Part shown: positions 10,065 to 19,838 of the stretch, one piece after another
How positions within the stretch are numbered: the stretch's first letter is position 1
Layout: every line of letters begins with the position of its first letter
Assembly (NCBI GenBank): GCA_017609985.1
Contig: JAFCCW010000006.1
Location: forward strand, 1 to 41,876
DNA: 41,876 bases
From: Candidatus Iainarchaeum sp.
GTDB taxonomy: Archaea; Iainarchaeota; Iainarchaeia; Iainarchaeales; JAFCCW01
Direction: 5' to 3'
Program-made: the position numbers and the translations under genes
Notes under the pieces: generated by a model
Told to the model about the DNA's origin: nothing
Database searches by the model: none
The model's input: the letters and a program-made list of their open reading frames with translations, nothing else

Positions 10065-10710
10065 AGTAAAGATTTGTGGTCTGACAAACAGCGAAGATGC
10101 AAAAACAGCACTCTCGCTCGGAGCAGACTATTTAGGGTTTGTTATTGAAGCTGATTCTCCAAGGAGCATTTCCTCAGAGTTTGCTCGAAAAATAATTTCA
10201 GAACTGTCATCCTGTAAGACTGTGGCTGTCACAGTCTCTGAAAGTGTTTCAGAAATTCAGAAGCTTGTTTCAATTTCCGGAGTATGCTTTGTTCAGATTT
10301 CAGTTCCGCTTTCGCAGGACAAATTTGTTCAGCTAAAGCAAGCTCTCCCTGAAAAAGAATTTATTCAAACTGTTCATGTCTGTGAGCCAGAACTAGATTC
10401 AATCAATCCAGCGAAGCAAGGCATTGATTTTGTGGAAGAAAACGCTGATTTTGTACTGCTTGATTCAAGAGCTGGTGCGGGGTTGGGTGGTACTGGAAGA
10501 ACACATGACTGGAATAAAAGTGCAGAGATTGTCAGAGGTTCTTCAAAGAAATTCTTTTTGGCTGGCGGGCTTAATCCTGAAAATGTTTCTGAGGCAATAC
10601 AAAAAGTCAAGCCCTATGCTGTTGATGTTTCAACAGGAGTTTCGTTTGATGGAGTAAAAAAGGATTTTGAAAAAATGAAAAAATTCATTGAGGTGGCAAA
10701 GAATGGTTAA
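10057..10710 (+). CDS. trpF: Phosphoribosylanthranilate isomerase
   Basis: [43 protein letters not shown]. Confidence 0.96.
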   Translation: MTEVKICGLTNSEDAKTALSLGADYLGFVIEADSPRSISSEFARKIISELSSCKTVAVTVSESVSEIQKLVSISGVCFVQISVPLSQDKFVQLKQALPEKEFIQTVHVCEPELDSINPAKQGIDFVEENADFVLLDSRAGAGLGGTGRTHDWNKSAEIVRGSSKKFFLAGGLNPENVSEAIQKVKPYAVDVSTGVSFDGVKKDFEKMKKFIEVAKNG

Positions 10711-11902
10711 GAAAAGATTTGGAGAATTTGGCGGAGTGTTTATGCCTGAAACTCTCATGGCAGCAATAGACGAACTCTCAGATGCGTTTTATTCCGCAAT
10801 AGAAGATAAAGAATTCAATTCAGAACTTGAAAGTTTGCTGAAAAAATATGTAGGAAGACCAACTGCGCTCACTAAAGCAGAAAATCTCAGCAGAAAACTT
10901 GGCTGTGGAATCTATTTGAAAAGAGAGGATCTTGCTCACACAGGCGCCCACAAAATAAACAATGCTCTTGGACAAGCACTGCTTGCAAAGCGAATGGGCA
11001 AGAAAAGAATAATTGCAGAGACTGGTGCTGGACAGCATGGCACAGCAGTTGCAACTGTTGGAGCAAAGCTAGGTCTTCAAACAGAAATTTACATGGGTGA
11101 TGTTGATATTGAAAGACAGAAGCCGAATGTTTATAGAATGAAACTGCAGGGGGCAAAAGTGAACCCTGTTTCAAGCGGAAGCAAAACACTTAAAGATGCA
11201 ATAAACGAGTGCCTGCGCGACTGGACAGCGAGTGTTGAAACAACACATTATCTTCTTGGAAGTGTTCTTGGACCAGCGCCATATCCTGACATGGTTGCAT
11301 ATTTCCAAAGCATTATTGGCAAAGAAGCAAAAAAACAGTTTTTAGAGGAAACAGGTGTTTTGCCTGACTCAGTTGTTGCCTGTGTTGGCGGGGGAAGCAA
11401 TGCAATAGGAATTTTCAGAGAATTTGTTGAAGACAAGGAAGTAGAACTTCTGGGAGTTGAAGCAGGGGGCATGGGAATTGAAACAGGAAAGCATGCTGCC
11501 AGATTTGCAGACCCTGAATTTGGAAGGCCTGGGATCTTGCACGGTTCTTTTACTTATGTTCTTCAGGACAAGTTTGGGCAGATATACAATACGCATTCTG
11601 TTTCAGCAGGGCTTGATTATTCAGCTGTCGGGCCAGAGCACGTGAGATTAAGAGAGCTGGGCAGGGCAAAATATGGCTATGCTACTGATGAACAGGCACT
11701 CAATGCCTTCAAAATGCTAAGCGAACAAGAGGGAATAATTCCGGCGCTTGAATCAGCCCACGCTGTTGCCTATGTAATAAATCATGCCTCTGATTTTAAG
11801 GGAAAACAAGTAATAATTAATCTTTCGGGAAGAGGAGATAAGGATATTTTCCATGTGGCAAAAGAAACTGGAGAAAGCATAGGGCTGGTGGTGAAAAAAT
11901 GA
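10703..11902 (+). CDS. trpB: Tryptophan synthase beta chain (TrpB1 type)
   Basis: [22 protein letters not shown] (PLP lysine), [32 protein letters not shown]. Start at ATG 10703 after GAGGTGG. Confidence 0.98.
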   Translation: MVKKRFGEFGGVFMPETLMAAIDELSDAFYSAIEDKEFNSELESLLKKYVGRPTALTKAENLSRKLGCGIYLKREDLAHTGAHKINNALGQALLAKRMGKKRIIAETGAGQHGTAVATVGAKLGLQTEIYMGDVDIERQKPNVYRMKLQGAKVNPVSSGSKTLKDAINECLRDWTASVETTHYLLGSVLGPAPYPDMVAYFQSIIGKEAKKQFLEETGVLPDSVVACVGGGSNAIGIFREFVEDKEVELLGVEAGGMGIETGKHAARFADPEFGRPGILHGSFTYVLQDKFGQIYNTHSVSAGLDYSAVGPEHVRLRELGRAKYGYATDEQALNAFKMLSEQEGIIPALESAHAVAYVINHASDFKGKQVIINLSGRGDKDIFHVAKETGESIGLVVKK

Positions 11903-12786
11903 AGCGAATTGAGAACAGATTTGAAAATAGATCTGAGGGCGGATTTGAGAATAGATCTGAGAGGATACTTGAAAATAGATTTGAAAAAAGATTTTTAGAA
12001 TTGAAGAAAAAAAACGAAGCAGGTTTCATGCCTTTTGTTGTGTTGGGAGACCCAGATTTTGAAACATCTTTTAAGATAATGAAAGCCTTGATTGACTCGG
12101 GAGCAGACGCTTTGGAACTAGGTTTTGCTTTTTCAGACCCTGTTGCAGACGGTCCAACAGTTCAGGAGGCAGGACAGCGGGCATTGAAGGCAGGAAGCAA
12201 TACTTTAAAGTGTCTTGAACTAATTAAGAGGATTCGTTCTGAAAACAATGAAATTCCAATAAGCCTTTTGCTCTATGGAAATATTGTTGTTCAGCATGGA
12301 ACAGACAAATTTTATTCAGATTGCTCAACTGCGGGAGTTGATGCGGTTCTTTTAGCAGATGTTCCTGCTGAAGAATCAGACGAGTTTGTAAAATCAGCAA
12401 AAAATTATGGAATAGAACCAGTGTTTATTGTGTCTCCAACAACAGAGGAAGAGCGCCTTGGAACAATTATTGAAAAAGCAGGTGCTTATGTTTATCTTGT
12501 GGGAGTTCTTGGAGTGACTGGGGCAAGAATTGAAGTGCAGAATATGACTGTAGACCTAGTTAAAAGAATAAAACCGAAAACAAGTCTTCCAGTTCTTGTC
12601 GGCTTCGGGATATCAAGTTCTAGAAATGTAAAGAATGTTATTGAAGCAGGAGCAGACGGGGCAATAGTTGGGAGTGCAATAGTTCAGAAGATAAAAGACA
12701 ATCTGGGCAACTCTGAAAAAACAATTGAAGAAATCTCGGATTTTGCACGCGAGCTCAAAAAAGCAACACTTAGTGCACGCCCTTGA
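11899..12786 (+). CDS. trpA: Tryptophan synthase alpha chain with a repetitive N-terminal extension
   Basis: [43 protein letters not shown]; ATGA overlap with trpB. Confidence 0.97.
   Translation: MKRIENRFENRSEGGFENRSERILENRFEKRFLELKKKNEAGFMPFVVLGDPDFETSFKIMKALIDSGADALELGFAFSDPVADGPTVQEAGQRALKAGSNTLKCLELIKRIRSENNEIPISLLLYGNIVVQHGTDKFYSDCSTAGVDAVLLADVPAEESDEFVKSAKNYGIEPVFIVSPTTEEERLGTIIEKAGAYVYLVGVLGVTGARIEVQNMTVDLVKRIKPKTSLPVLVGFGISSSRNVKNVIEAGADGAIVGSAIVQKIKDNLGNSEKTIEEISDFARELKKATLSARP
11911..11994 (+). repeat. Seven degenerate 12-bp tandem repeats (consensus GA[G/A]AATAGAT[T/C]T, peptide ENRF/ENRS) in the 5' end of trpA
   Basis: GAGAACAGATTT GAAAATAGATCT GAGGGCGGATTT GAGAATAGATCT GAGAGGATACTT GAAAATAGATTT GAAAAAAGATTT. 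Confidence 0.9.
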
Positions 12787-13012
12787 AAGCCTGTTTGGTT
12801 GCTTCATTGTTTTCCTGTTGCTTCAGTTTTGATAACTGTTTTGCAGGTGCTTGGTTCTCTGCTAGGAATCTTTCCCTGTGATCCAGAACTTTTCCGCGAA
12901 CAGCTTCTTTGATGAACTCTGTTCTGTTGTGGTAGAGGCCTTCGCTTACAAGCAAGTCAATTTCTTCCAAGAGCTTTTCATGCATTCTCAAACTGATTAA
13001 TTTATTATTCAT
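12770..13012 (-). CDS. Ribbon-helix-helix (CopG/Arc/MetJ family) DNA-binding protein
   Basis: LISLRMHEKLLEEIDLLVSEGLYHNRTEFIKEAVR matches the RHH pattern. Convergent on trpA and overlapping its 3' end. Confidence 0.88.
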   Translation of the reverse strand: MNNKLISLRMHEKLLEEIDLLVSEGLYHNRTEFIKEAVRGKVLDHRERFLAENQAPAKQLSKLKQQENNEATKQAFKGVH

Positions 13013-13040
13013 ACGTCAAATGTAATACGTTTGTTGTATT
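13011..13040. promoter_or_regulatory. Probable autoregulatory operator of the RHH gene
   Basis: Two tandem TAC-N7-GTA inverted repeats (ATACGTCAAATGTAA, ATACGTTTGTTGTAT) with a 14-bp period, between the start codon and the TATA box. Confidence 0.5.
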
Positions 13041-13098
13041 TAATCATTGCTAATCTCTTTTTTGTGTAGAAAACACACACTATCAAGTTGAAACAAAA

Positions 13099-13494
13099 TT
13101 AATTGGGGGGGTTAAGACCCATATAGAGAAAAATAATCACAATCAAGATGCTGAAAACAAGTGCCAAACCAATCAAAAGCAAAGAAGTTAGGATTGCAAT
13201 AATACTTGCTTTAAGAAATGATGTTGAATAAACTCTTTTAACTAAAAAAATTAAGAGAAAGAATGAAATCAAAACATTTAATGATAGAGTTAATGCTAAA
13301 AAGATTGATCCAAAAAGATGCCCTAAAACAAGGCCAGCACAGATTACTACAAAACTAACTATGTATGTAATCGATGAAATCAGCACTGCAGACCAAAAAG
13401 TTTTATTTTCTAAATTTAATATTTTTGAGAATACCCAAAGAATTAGAGACTCAGAAAAAAGCAAGAGTCCATTTAAAACAATAGTCCAAATCAT
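13099..13494 (-). CDS. Hypothetical integral membrane protein (about 4 TM helices)
   Basis: 131 aa, almost entirely hydrophobic segments; TTTATATA box upstream on the minus strand. Confidence 0.75.
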   Translation of the reverse strand: MIWTIVLNGLLLFSESLILWVFSKILNLENKTFWSAVLISSITYIVSFVVICAGLVLGHLFGSIFLALTLSLNVLISFFLLIFLVKRVYSTSFLKASIIAILTSLLLIGLALVFSILIVIIFLYMGLNPPN

Positions 13495-13611
13495 TTCATA
13501 AATGATTGTGTTTTGTTATATAAAACATTTTCCATTAAAAATTCTTGTCCTTTTTCAAGATTGTGCAAAACACCCTGATTTAAAAGATAAACTTTCCTAA
13601 ATTGTCAATAA

Positions 13612-13685
13612 GGGCTCGTAGCTCAGTCTGGTAGAGCGCTCCCCTCGCACGGGAGAGGCCGGGGGTTCGACTCCCCCTGAGTCCA
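13612..13685 (+). tRNA. tRNA-Ala(CGC)
   Basis: Cloverleaf with GGGCTCG/TGAGTCC acceptor stem including G3:U70, anticodon arm CTCCC-CTCGCAC-GGGAG, GTTCGAC T-loop, no encoded CCA. Confidence 0.96.
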
Positions 13686-13715
13686 CTTTTCTTCAATGAT
13701 TAATCAACAGAAAAA

Positions 13716-14339
13716 TTATCCAAGTATCTCTGATTTTCCCCTATAAAGCTCGTCGAATCTTTCAGCATCTTCTTTGTCGCCGACAATGCTTCCATAGTGC
13801 ATTGGAATCGCAAGCCTTGGCTTGATTTTGTTTGCTGCTTTGACTGCTTCCTCAGCAGTCATTACATATGTTCCTGAAACTGGAAGAAGGGCAACATCTA
13901 TTTTTCCAAGTTCAGCCATTTCAGGAATATGGTCTGTGTCTCCAGCATGGTAAATTCTTTTTCCGTCAATTTCTATTACTACTCCAATGCCCAGCCCTCT
14001 TGGATGGAATTCCTTGTCCAAATTGTATGCTTCCACTGCGTGAATCTTTACTCCCTTTACTGAAGCAGTTTTTCCTGCCTTCAAAGTTTTTATCTTGTTG
14101 CAGTCAATCTTTTTTGCACAGGACTCAGTAGTAATGATTGTTGCACTCGGGTTTTTTTTAAGCAGTCTCTCAACATCTTCTGGAGAGCAATGGTCATAGT
14201 GTTCGTGCGTTGCAATAATTAGGTCGACTCGTTCTGTTCCTGGAATTTGATAAGGATCAATCATTAACGAAACCTTGTCATTGCTGATGAGGAACGCAGC
14301 ATGCCCAAGCCATTCAATTTCAATTCCTTCAAACTCCAT
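13716..14339 (-). CDS. Metallo-beta-lactamase-fold hydrolase (UPF0173/UlaG-like)
   Basis: WLGHA, IDPY, THEHYDH, YHAGDT, PMHYG; SD GGGGTGAT. Confidence 0.92.
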   Translation of the reverse strand: MEFEGIEIEWLGHAAFLISNDKVSLMIDPYQIPGTERVDLIIATHEHYDHCSPEDVERLLKKNPSATIITTESCAKKIDCNKIKTLKAGKTASVKGVKIHAVEAYNLDKEFHPRGLGIGVVIEIDGKRIYHAGDTDHIPEMAELGKIDVALLPVSGTYVMTAEEAVKAANKIKPRLAIPMHYGSIVGDKEDAERFDELYRGKSEILG

Positions 14340-14398
14340 TCAATCACCCCATAAACAAATGTTTTATTCAAATTTAAGTTTTACTCTTTTGAGCTTGC

Positions 14399-15502
14399 CT
14401 ACTGCTCTTTAATTCCTTCTATTTCACTAAATGCTTTTATATAAGTTCCCGCAGTCCAGGCAAAAGGATGCTCGCTTTTCAAAAAAAAGCTGTCAACAGG
14501 CTCCCCTTCTTTATTGAATATTTCGTGGCAGACTCCATAGTCCTCTATTTGAGATGCGATTTTTTTGAGTTCATTTTTTGCATCCTTTTTCCAGCCAATT
14601 TTCTTGAGAGCAATCGCATTCAGGCAACCCAGCCAAGGCCAGCTTAATCCGTTATGATAATTGTATGCTTCAAAGGGAAGCAAGACAAAAGGAATTCTTG
14701 TCAATGGATAGTGCGGATAGTTTGTTGAAAGAGGCACTTTGTTAATCTGCTTTGATTTAATAAAATTTTCAATCATCATTCCCTGTTCTTCGTCAGCAAT
14801 TCCCCAAAGCACTGCAAGCATGTTTCCATCGCTTGAAAAAAAATTATGCTTCTTGAAATCAATCCAGTCAAAGTAATAGTCTCCCTTCCAAAACAATCCA
14901 TTTATTTTTTCTTTTATCTTAAGAGCTTGTTTTCGATAAAGTTCGTGTTTTTCTTTTCTGCCAATCGCAAGACACAGCTCTGAAAAAGACTTAACTGCCT
15001 TGTAATAACAGCAATTGCTGTAAAGAACTTTTCCAAATTTTAGAACAGAATCAGCCCAGTTAGCGTAAATGCTTTCCTCGATAAGATAGTCTTTGTCAGA
15101 ATCCATTGACTCAAGCCAGTTTACTGCAAGAAGAAACTTTGAAAAATTGTCTTTGGCAAATTTCTTGTCGCCAGATTTCTTGACATATTCTGCAAGCGCA
15201 ATAATCATAAGCGCGTTTCCGTCAGCAGAATAAGAAAAAAACATGGGCTTGAATTCAGGCTTTTTCTTGAGAGAAATTCTCCCCGGAATCAATCCCTTTT
15301 TGTTCTGCATGGAGATAAAAAATTCGAACTGCTTTTTTACGATTTCAAAGTCACCAAGTTCAATTGCTCCAAGTGCAGAAAAAAAACTATCTCTTGCCCA
15401 GAACTGCTGAAAATGTTTTCTTCCCGCAAGAATTCCCTTAGAAGCATAGCAGTCTCTTAAATCTCTTTTAGCAATTTCAAAAGCGTTCTGAGTAACGGAC
15501 AT
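14399..15502 (-). CDS. Six-hairpin glycoside hydrolase (amylo-alpha-1,6-glucosidase / glycogen-debranching C-terminal-like)
   Basis: FWARDS, WADS, YHNGLSWPWLG, E...FAWTAG motifs. Confidence 0.8.
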   Translation of the reverse strand: MSVTQNAFEIAKRDLRDCYASKGILAGRKHFQQFWARDSFFSALGAIELGDFEIVKKQFEFFISMQNKKGLIPGRISLKKKPEFKPMFFSYSADGNALMIIALAEYVKKSGDKKFAKDNFSKFLLAVNWLESMDSDKDYLIEESIYANWADSVLKFGKVLYSNCCYYKAVKSFSELCLAIGRKEKHELYRKQALKIKEKINGLFWKGDYYFDWIDFKKHNFFSSDGNMLAVLWGIADEEQGMMIENFIKSKQINKVPLSTNYPHYPLTRIPFVLLPFEAYNYHNGLSWPWLGCLNAIALKKIGWKKDAKNELKKIASQIEDYGVCHEIFNKEGEPVDSFFLKSEHPFAWTAGTYIKAFSEIEGIKEQ

Positions 15503-15549
15503 GCAATAAACTAATAAACTAGAAAGTTATTAATTTTAGTGGTAAGAAT

Positions 15550-16191
15550 ATGGTAAAGATTGCTCCCTCAATTCTATCAGCAAACTTCTCAAAACTAGGA
15601 GATGATGTTCTAAGTGTAGAGCAGGCAGGCGCAGACTGGATTCATATAGATGTAATGGACGGCTGTTATGTTCCAAATATCTCGTTTGGCATGCCGATAA
15701 TAAAATCAATCAGGCCTGTTTCAAAGATTTTTTTTGATACTCATTTGATGATAAACAAACCAGAGAATTATGTAGAAGAATTCGCTTCTTCTGGTTCAGA
15801 TCTTATTTCTTTTCACATTGAAGCAACTGACCAGCCGGAGCGAGTTATTGAGCTAATCAAGAGAACAGGAAAAAAAGTAGGTGTTGTGTGCAATGCAAAA
15901 ATTTCTGCTAAAAAAATCCTGCCCTATATTGAATCTGTTGACCTTGCTCTAGTAATGTCAGTCAATGCTGGCTTTGGAGGCCAGAGTTTCATGGCTGAGG
16001 CAATTCCAAAAATACAGACAATCAAAAAAAAGATTGATGAAGTTAATCCAGAGTGTGAGCTACAGGTTGACGGTGGAATAAACAATGAGACAGCAAAACT
16101 CTGCATTGAAGCAGGAGCAACTGTTCTTGTTGCAGGAAGTTATATCTTTAAAAGTGAAAACAGGGAAGAAGCTATCCAATCATTAAGGTGA
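15550..16191 (+). CDS. rpe: Ribulose-phosphate 3-epimerase
   Basis: IAPSILSA, IHIDVMDG, DTHLMI, MSVNAGFGGQ, VDGGIN, VAGS. Confidence 0.97.
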   Translation: MVKIAPSILSANFSKLGDDVLSVEQAGADWIHIDVMDGCYVPNISFGMPIIKSIRPVSKIFFDTHLMINKPENYVEEFASSGSDLISFHIEATDQPERVIELIKRTGKKVGVVCNAKISAKKILPYIESVDLALVMSVNAGFGGQSFMAEAIPKIQTIKKKIDEVNPECELQVDGGINNETAKLCIEAGATVLVAGSYIFKSENREEAIQSLR

Positions 16192-16197
16192 ATCATC

Positions 16198-17526
16198 TTG
16201 AATGAAAAAAAATCACAAATTCTTGATGCAAATCTCAGATTCTACGGCTTTCCAATGGCTGAGTTCATGGAAGAAGCCGGAAAGGGAATTGCAGAAAAAA
16301 CAATCAAGCACTTTGGTTCCAACAAGAAAATACTTGTTGTCTGCGGGACAGGAAACAATGGGGGGGATGGGTTTGTTGGAACACGCTATCTTTCTAAAAA
16401 AAACAAGGTAGAGCTACTACTTTTAGGCAAGCCATCTGAAATAAAGCATCCAGAAGCAATAACTGCGTGGAAAAAAATCCCAAAAACTGTCAAGAAAGTA
16501 AACTTGATTGGAAACAAATATGATGTAATTGTTGACGCAATGCTTGGTTCAGGAGTTCAGGGAAAAGTAAGAGAGCCATTTGCAAGCACAGTAAAAGAAC
16601 TCAACAAGCTAACTGCAAAAAAAATTTCCATTGATCTTCCAACCCCCGAATTTAAAGCAGACGTAATTGTTTCCCTTCACTTGCAAAAGCATCCAGACGC
16701 AGAAGTAATTGATATAGGAATTCCACACGAAGCAGAACTTATCGCTGGTCCAGGAAACATAAAATTTCTCAACAAGCCCTTTAAGAAAAGTCACAAAGGA
16801 GAAAATGGATGCGTTCTCATAGTTGCCGGCGGAAAAAAATATCACGGCGCAGCATTCTTTGCAGGAAAAGCAGCTTCGCGCTCTTCCGACTTAGTTTACT
16901 TTGCAACATCAAGAGAAAATATTCCCATTCTTAAAAAAGATTCTTCTTCATTTATTGTTTCACAATTCTCTGACTCTCTCAATTTTGCAAAAAAATCTGA
17001 TAGCATTCTTCTTGGGCCAGGACTTGACGAAAGCAACAGGTCAAAAAGCATTGTTCACAAAATTCTTAGAAAATTTCCTGAAAAGAAAACAATTCTTGAC
17101 GCAACAGCTCTTAGACTTGTTAACAAAAAATTTATTCACAAAAATTGTCTGCTCACACCGCACGCCGAAGAATTTAGGGACTTGTTCGGATTTACTGCTA
17201 CGCCAGAGCACGCAAAGCAGGCAGCAAAAGCATTCAAATGCATTATTGTTCTCAAAGGAGCAGTTGACGCAATAACTGATGGAGTGAACATTTACAAAAA
17301 CTTCACTGGAAATGAGGGAATGACAAAGGGAGGCACGGGAGATGTGCTGGCTGGATTGATAACCGGGCTTGCGTCCACTAACTCTCTTCTTGACTCTGCT
17401 CTGGCAGGAGTTTTCGCAAACGGGCTTGCAGGCGACCTGCTTTATTGCGAGAAAGGCACAAACTATGACGCAGAAGACTTGCTGGAAATTCTGCCTCACG
17501 CAATCCACTCCTGTGAAGAGATTTAA
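16198..17526 (+). CDS. nnr: Bifunctional NAD(P)HX epimerase/dehydratase (YjeF)
   Basis: N-domain ME.AG, CGTGNNGGDG, VDAMLGSG, DIGIP; C-domain SHKG.NG, GPGL, TPH..EF, LKG, GGTGDVLAG. TTG start is uncertain. Confidence 0.92.
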   Translation: MNEKKSQILDANLRFYGFPMAEFMEEAGKGIAEKTIKHFGSNKKILVVCGTGNNGGDGFVGTRYLSKKNKVELLLLGKPSEIKHPEAITAWKKIPKTVKKVNLIGNKYDVIVDAMLGSGVQGKVREPFASTVKELNKLTAKKISIDLPTPEFKADVIVSLHLQKHPDAEVIDIGIPHEAELIAGPGNIKFLNKPFKKSHKGENGCVLIVAGGKKYHGAAFFAGKAASRSSDLVYFATSRENIPILKKDSSSFIVSQFSDSLNFAKKSDSILLGPGLDESNRSKSIVHKILRKFPEKKTILDATALRLVNKKFIHKNCLLTPHAEEFRDLFGFTATPEHAKQAAKAFKCIIVLKGAVDAITDGVNIYKNFTGNEGMTKGGTGDVLAGLITGLASTNSLLDSALAGVFANGLAGDLLYCEKGTNYDAEDLLEILPHAIHSCEEI

Positions 17527-17581
17527 CCAGCAAATAGTGTTCAGGGAAAGAAATAAATAGGAGAAATTATCTGATTATAAC

Positions 17582-17842
17582 ATGCCTTCACCAGCAACAA
17601 GAAGAAGAACAGGGCGAGATACAAATCCAAAAACAACAGCATCTTCTCCCCGGCCTGGAACAAGATATGGTGTGAAAAGAACAAGAGCAGCTCATCTGCC
17701 CAAACAATCTGTTGTTCAATTATTGAGAGAACTCACTGCTCAAGGCGTTGACATTCACATGAGGCATCTTGAGAAGGCACTTCACCCTGGCGACTCAGTT
17801 GTTTCCAATAAAAGCAGACAGACCAGAAGAAGAGGTCGCTAA
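17582..17842 (+). CDS. Small, highly basic hypothetical protein
   Basis: 86 aa, MPSPATRRRTGR...RQTRRRGR. Fills the gap exactly and has an ATAAATA box 22 nt upstream of the ATG. Confidence 0.65.
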   Translation: MPSPATRRRTGRDTNPKTTASSPRPGTRYGVKRTRAAHLPKQSVVQLLRELTAQGVDIHMRHLEKALHPGDSVVSNKSRQTRRRGR

Positions 17843-19651
17843 CTATTCCCACTCAATTGTTCCAGGCGGTTTGTGAGTAATATCCAAAAACAATGCGCTA
17901 ATCCCATTAACTTCAAGAATTTCTTTTTCAACTTTTTCAAAGAACTCTATTGGTAGCTCGTAAAACCTTGCAGTCATTGCTTCCTTGCTTTCAACAGGGC
18001 GAAGAACAATACTCTCTCCTTTGCCATTGAAAGAAACAGGAACAAGCACTGTTGGAAACTGCCAGATATCATCCATTAAACCAAGGTCTTCAACAGCTTT
18101 CATTACAACAGCATCAGCTTCCCTTAACAAGTCAGCCCTCTTTCTCGTCAGAGTTTCCTTCAACAGCTTTGTTTTCTTAAATTTCTTCGGAGCAACAAGC
18201 CAAACAACTCTGTTAACTTCCTGAACCTCATTGGTTATTCTAGTGCTTGCCTTTTCCAAAACACTGTATCCTGCTTTGCCAATCAAAACAGCTGGGTGCC
18301 TGTAAGTTCTCGCATCCCCTTGCACTCCAACACTCTTGATTGGAAGAACAATCGCATCCAAGCCAAATTCTTCTGCAATCTTTTTTACTTTTTCTTCAGC
18401 AACTGAAACAACTTCTTTGTCTTGCTTTCCGTCAGAACACAAGCACCGGATTGCAAGACCGGGTCCAGGAAACGGGTGACGCCAAACAAGGTCCTGAGGC
18501 AAACCCAGTTTTTCTCCAAGCTCTCTCACCTCGTCCTTGTACAGCTCCTTCAATGGCTCAACAACAAGACCAGCTTCAACCATTTCCTTTATTGATTCAA
18601 TGCGGTTATGGTGTGTTTTGATATGAGCAGCATTTCTTGTTCCAGACGACTCAATAGTATCAGGATAAATTGTGCCCTGCCCAAGCAACCATTTTTCTGG
18701 TTCAAGACTAAGCTTTTTTAATTCCCTGTCCTTTACTTCAATAAATTTTTTGCCAATGATTTTTCTCTTTTCTTCCGGGTCAACAATTCCTTCAACTGAC
18801 TCAAAGAATTCCTTGCTTGCGTCAACTACGTGAAGTTTACTCAAGTCAAGTTTTTCAAGAGCTTTTTTCACAAGCGCAGTTTCTTCCTTTCTCATAAAAC
18901 CTGTGTCAATGTGAAGCGCATAAATTCTCTCCCGTTCAAGAGCATTTCCAAGCAAAGCAAGAGCTACTGTGCTGTCAACTCCGCCTGAAGCAAGAATGAA
19001 AACATTTTTGTCACCAACCTGTTCTCTGATTCTTGTTTTTTCATCTTCTAAATAATTCTCAATTGTCCAGCTCTGTTCACAGTCACAAATTCCAATAACA
19101 AAATTTTCAAGAAGCTTCATTCCATTCTCAGTATGCGTTACTTCGGGGTGGAATTGCACTCCATATCTTTTCTTTGAATCACAAGCCATTGCCGCCACAT
19201 CACAATCACTGGTGCAGGCAACAGATTCAAATCCTGGCGGGAGGTTCTGCACAGCATCCCCGTGACTCATCCAGACACTCTCCACATCAGTCATTCCCTT
19301 AAAAAGACTGTCCTTGTTTTTCACGTCAACTTTAGCAGTTCCAAATTCATTTATCTTCCCAGGCTTTACCTTGCCCCCGAGCTCCTGACCCATGAGCTGG
19401 TGACCATAGCAGATTCCAAGGATTGGAACATCAAGGCTGAAAATTTCCTTGTTAAATTTTGGCGCATTTTTTTCATAGACCGAGGACGGTCCGCCACTCA
19501 AAATAATCCCCTTTGCTTTCTCTAGTTCAGAAACAGGGGTCTCAGGATCTCTAATTTCAGAAAAAACCTTGAGTTCCCGCACTCGCCTTGCAATCAGATG
19601 AGCATACTGTGCTCCAAAGTCAAGAACAATTATTTTGTTTTCTTTTTCCAT
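17843..19651 (-). CDS. guaA: GMP synthase (glutamine-hydrolysing), fused long form
   Basis: LDFGAQY, SGGP, GICYGHQ, QFHPEV, SGGVDS, QGTIYPD, IKTHHN, RHPFPGPGL, KPPGTIEWE. Confidence 0.97.
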   Translation of the reverse strand: MEKENKIIVLDFGAQYAHLIARRVRELKVFSEIRDPETPVSELEKAKGIILSGGPSSVYEKNAPKFNKEIFSLDVPILGICYGHQLMGQELGGKVKPGKINEFGTAKVDVKNKDSLFKGMTDVESVWMSHGDAVQNLPPGFESVACTSDCDVAAMACDSKKRYGVQFHPEVTHTENGMKLLENFVIGICDCEQSWTIENYLEDEKTRIREQVGDKNVFILASGGVDSTVALALLGNALERERIYALHIDTGFMRKEETALVKKALEKLDLSKLHVVDASKEFFESVEGIVDPEEKRKIIGKKFIEVKDRELKKLSLEPEKWLLGQGTIYPDTIESSGTRNAAHIKTHHNRIESIKEMVEAGLVVEPLKELYKDEVRELGEKLGLPQDLVWRHPFPGPGLAIRCLCSDGKQDKEVVSVAEEKVKKIAEEFGLDAIVLPIKSVGVQGDARTYRHPAVLIGKAGYSVLEKASTRITNEVQEVNRVVWLVAPKKFKKTKLLKETLTRKRADLLREADAVVMKAVEDLGLMDDIWQFPTVLVPVSFNGKGESIVLRPVESKEAMTARFYELPIEFFEKVEKEILEVNGISALFLDITHKPPGTIEWE

Positions 19652-19838
19652 AACCTAAACAGGGACGAAATCCTTTTAATAAAAATTAATTTTCTAAAAC
19701 TTCATCTGTAAGGCAAATTTTTCGAATTTCTCTAAAAACAAAATAATGACAAATTAGGATATAAATTTTTTCCGTTTTAGGAAAATTTTATGTAGACACG
19801 AGAAAAGTATTTAAAGACAAAAGACATTATCTTTTTCA

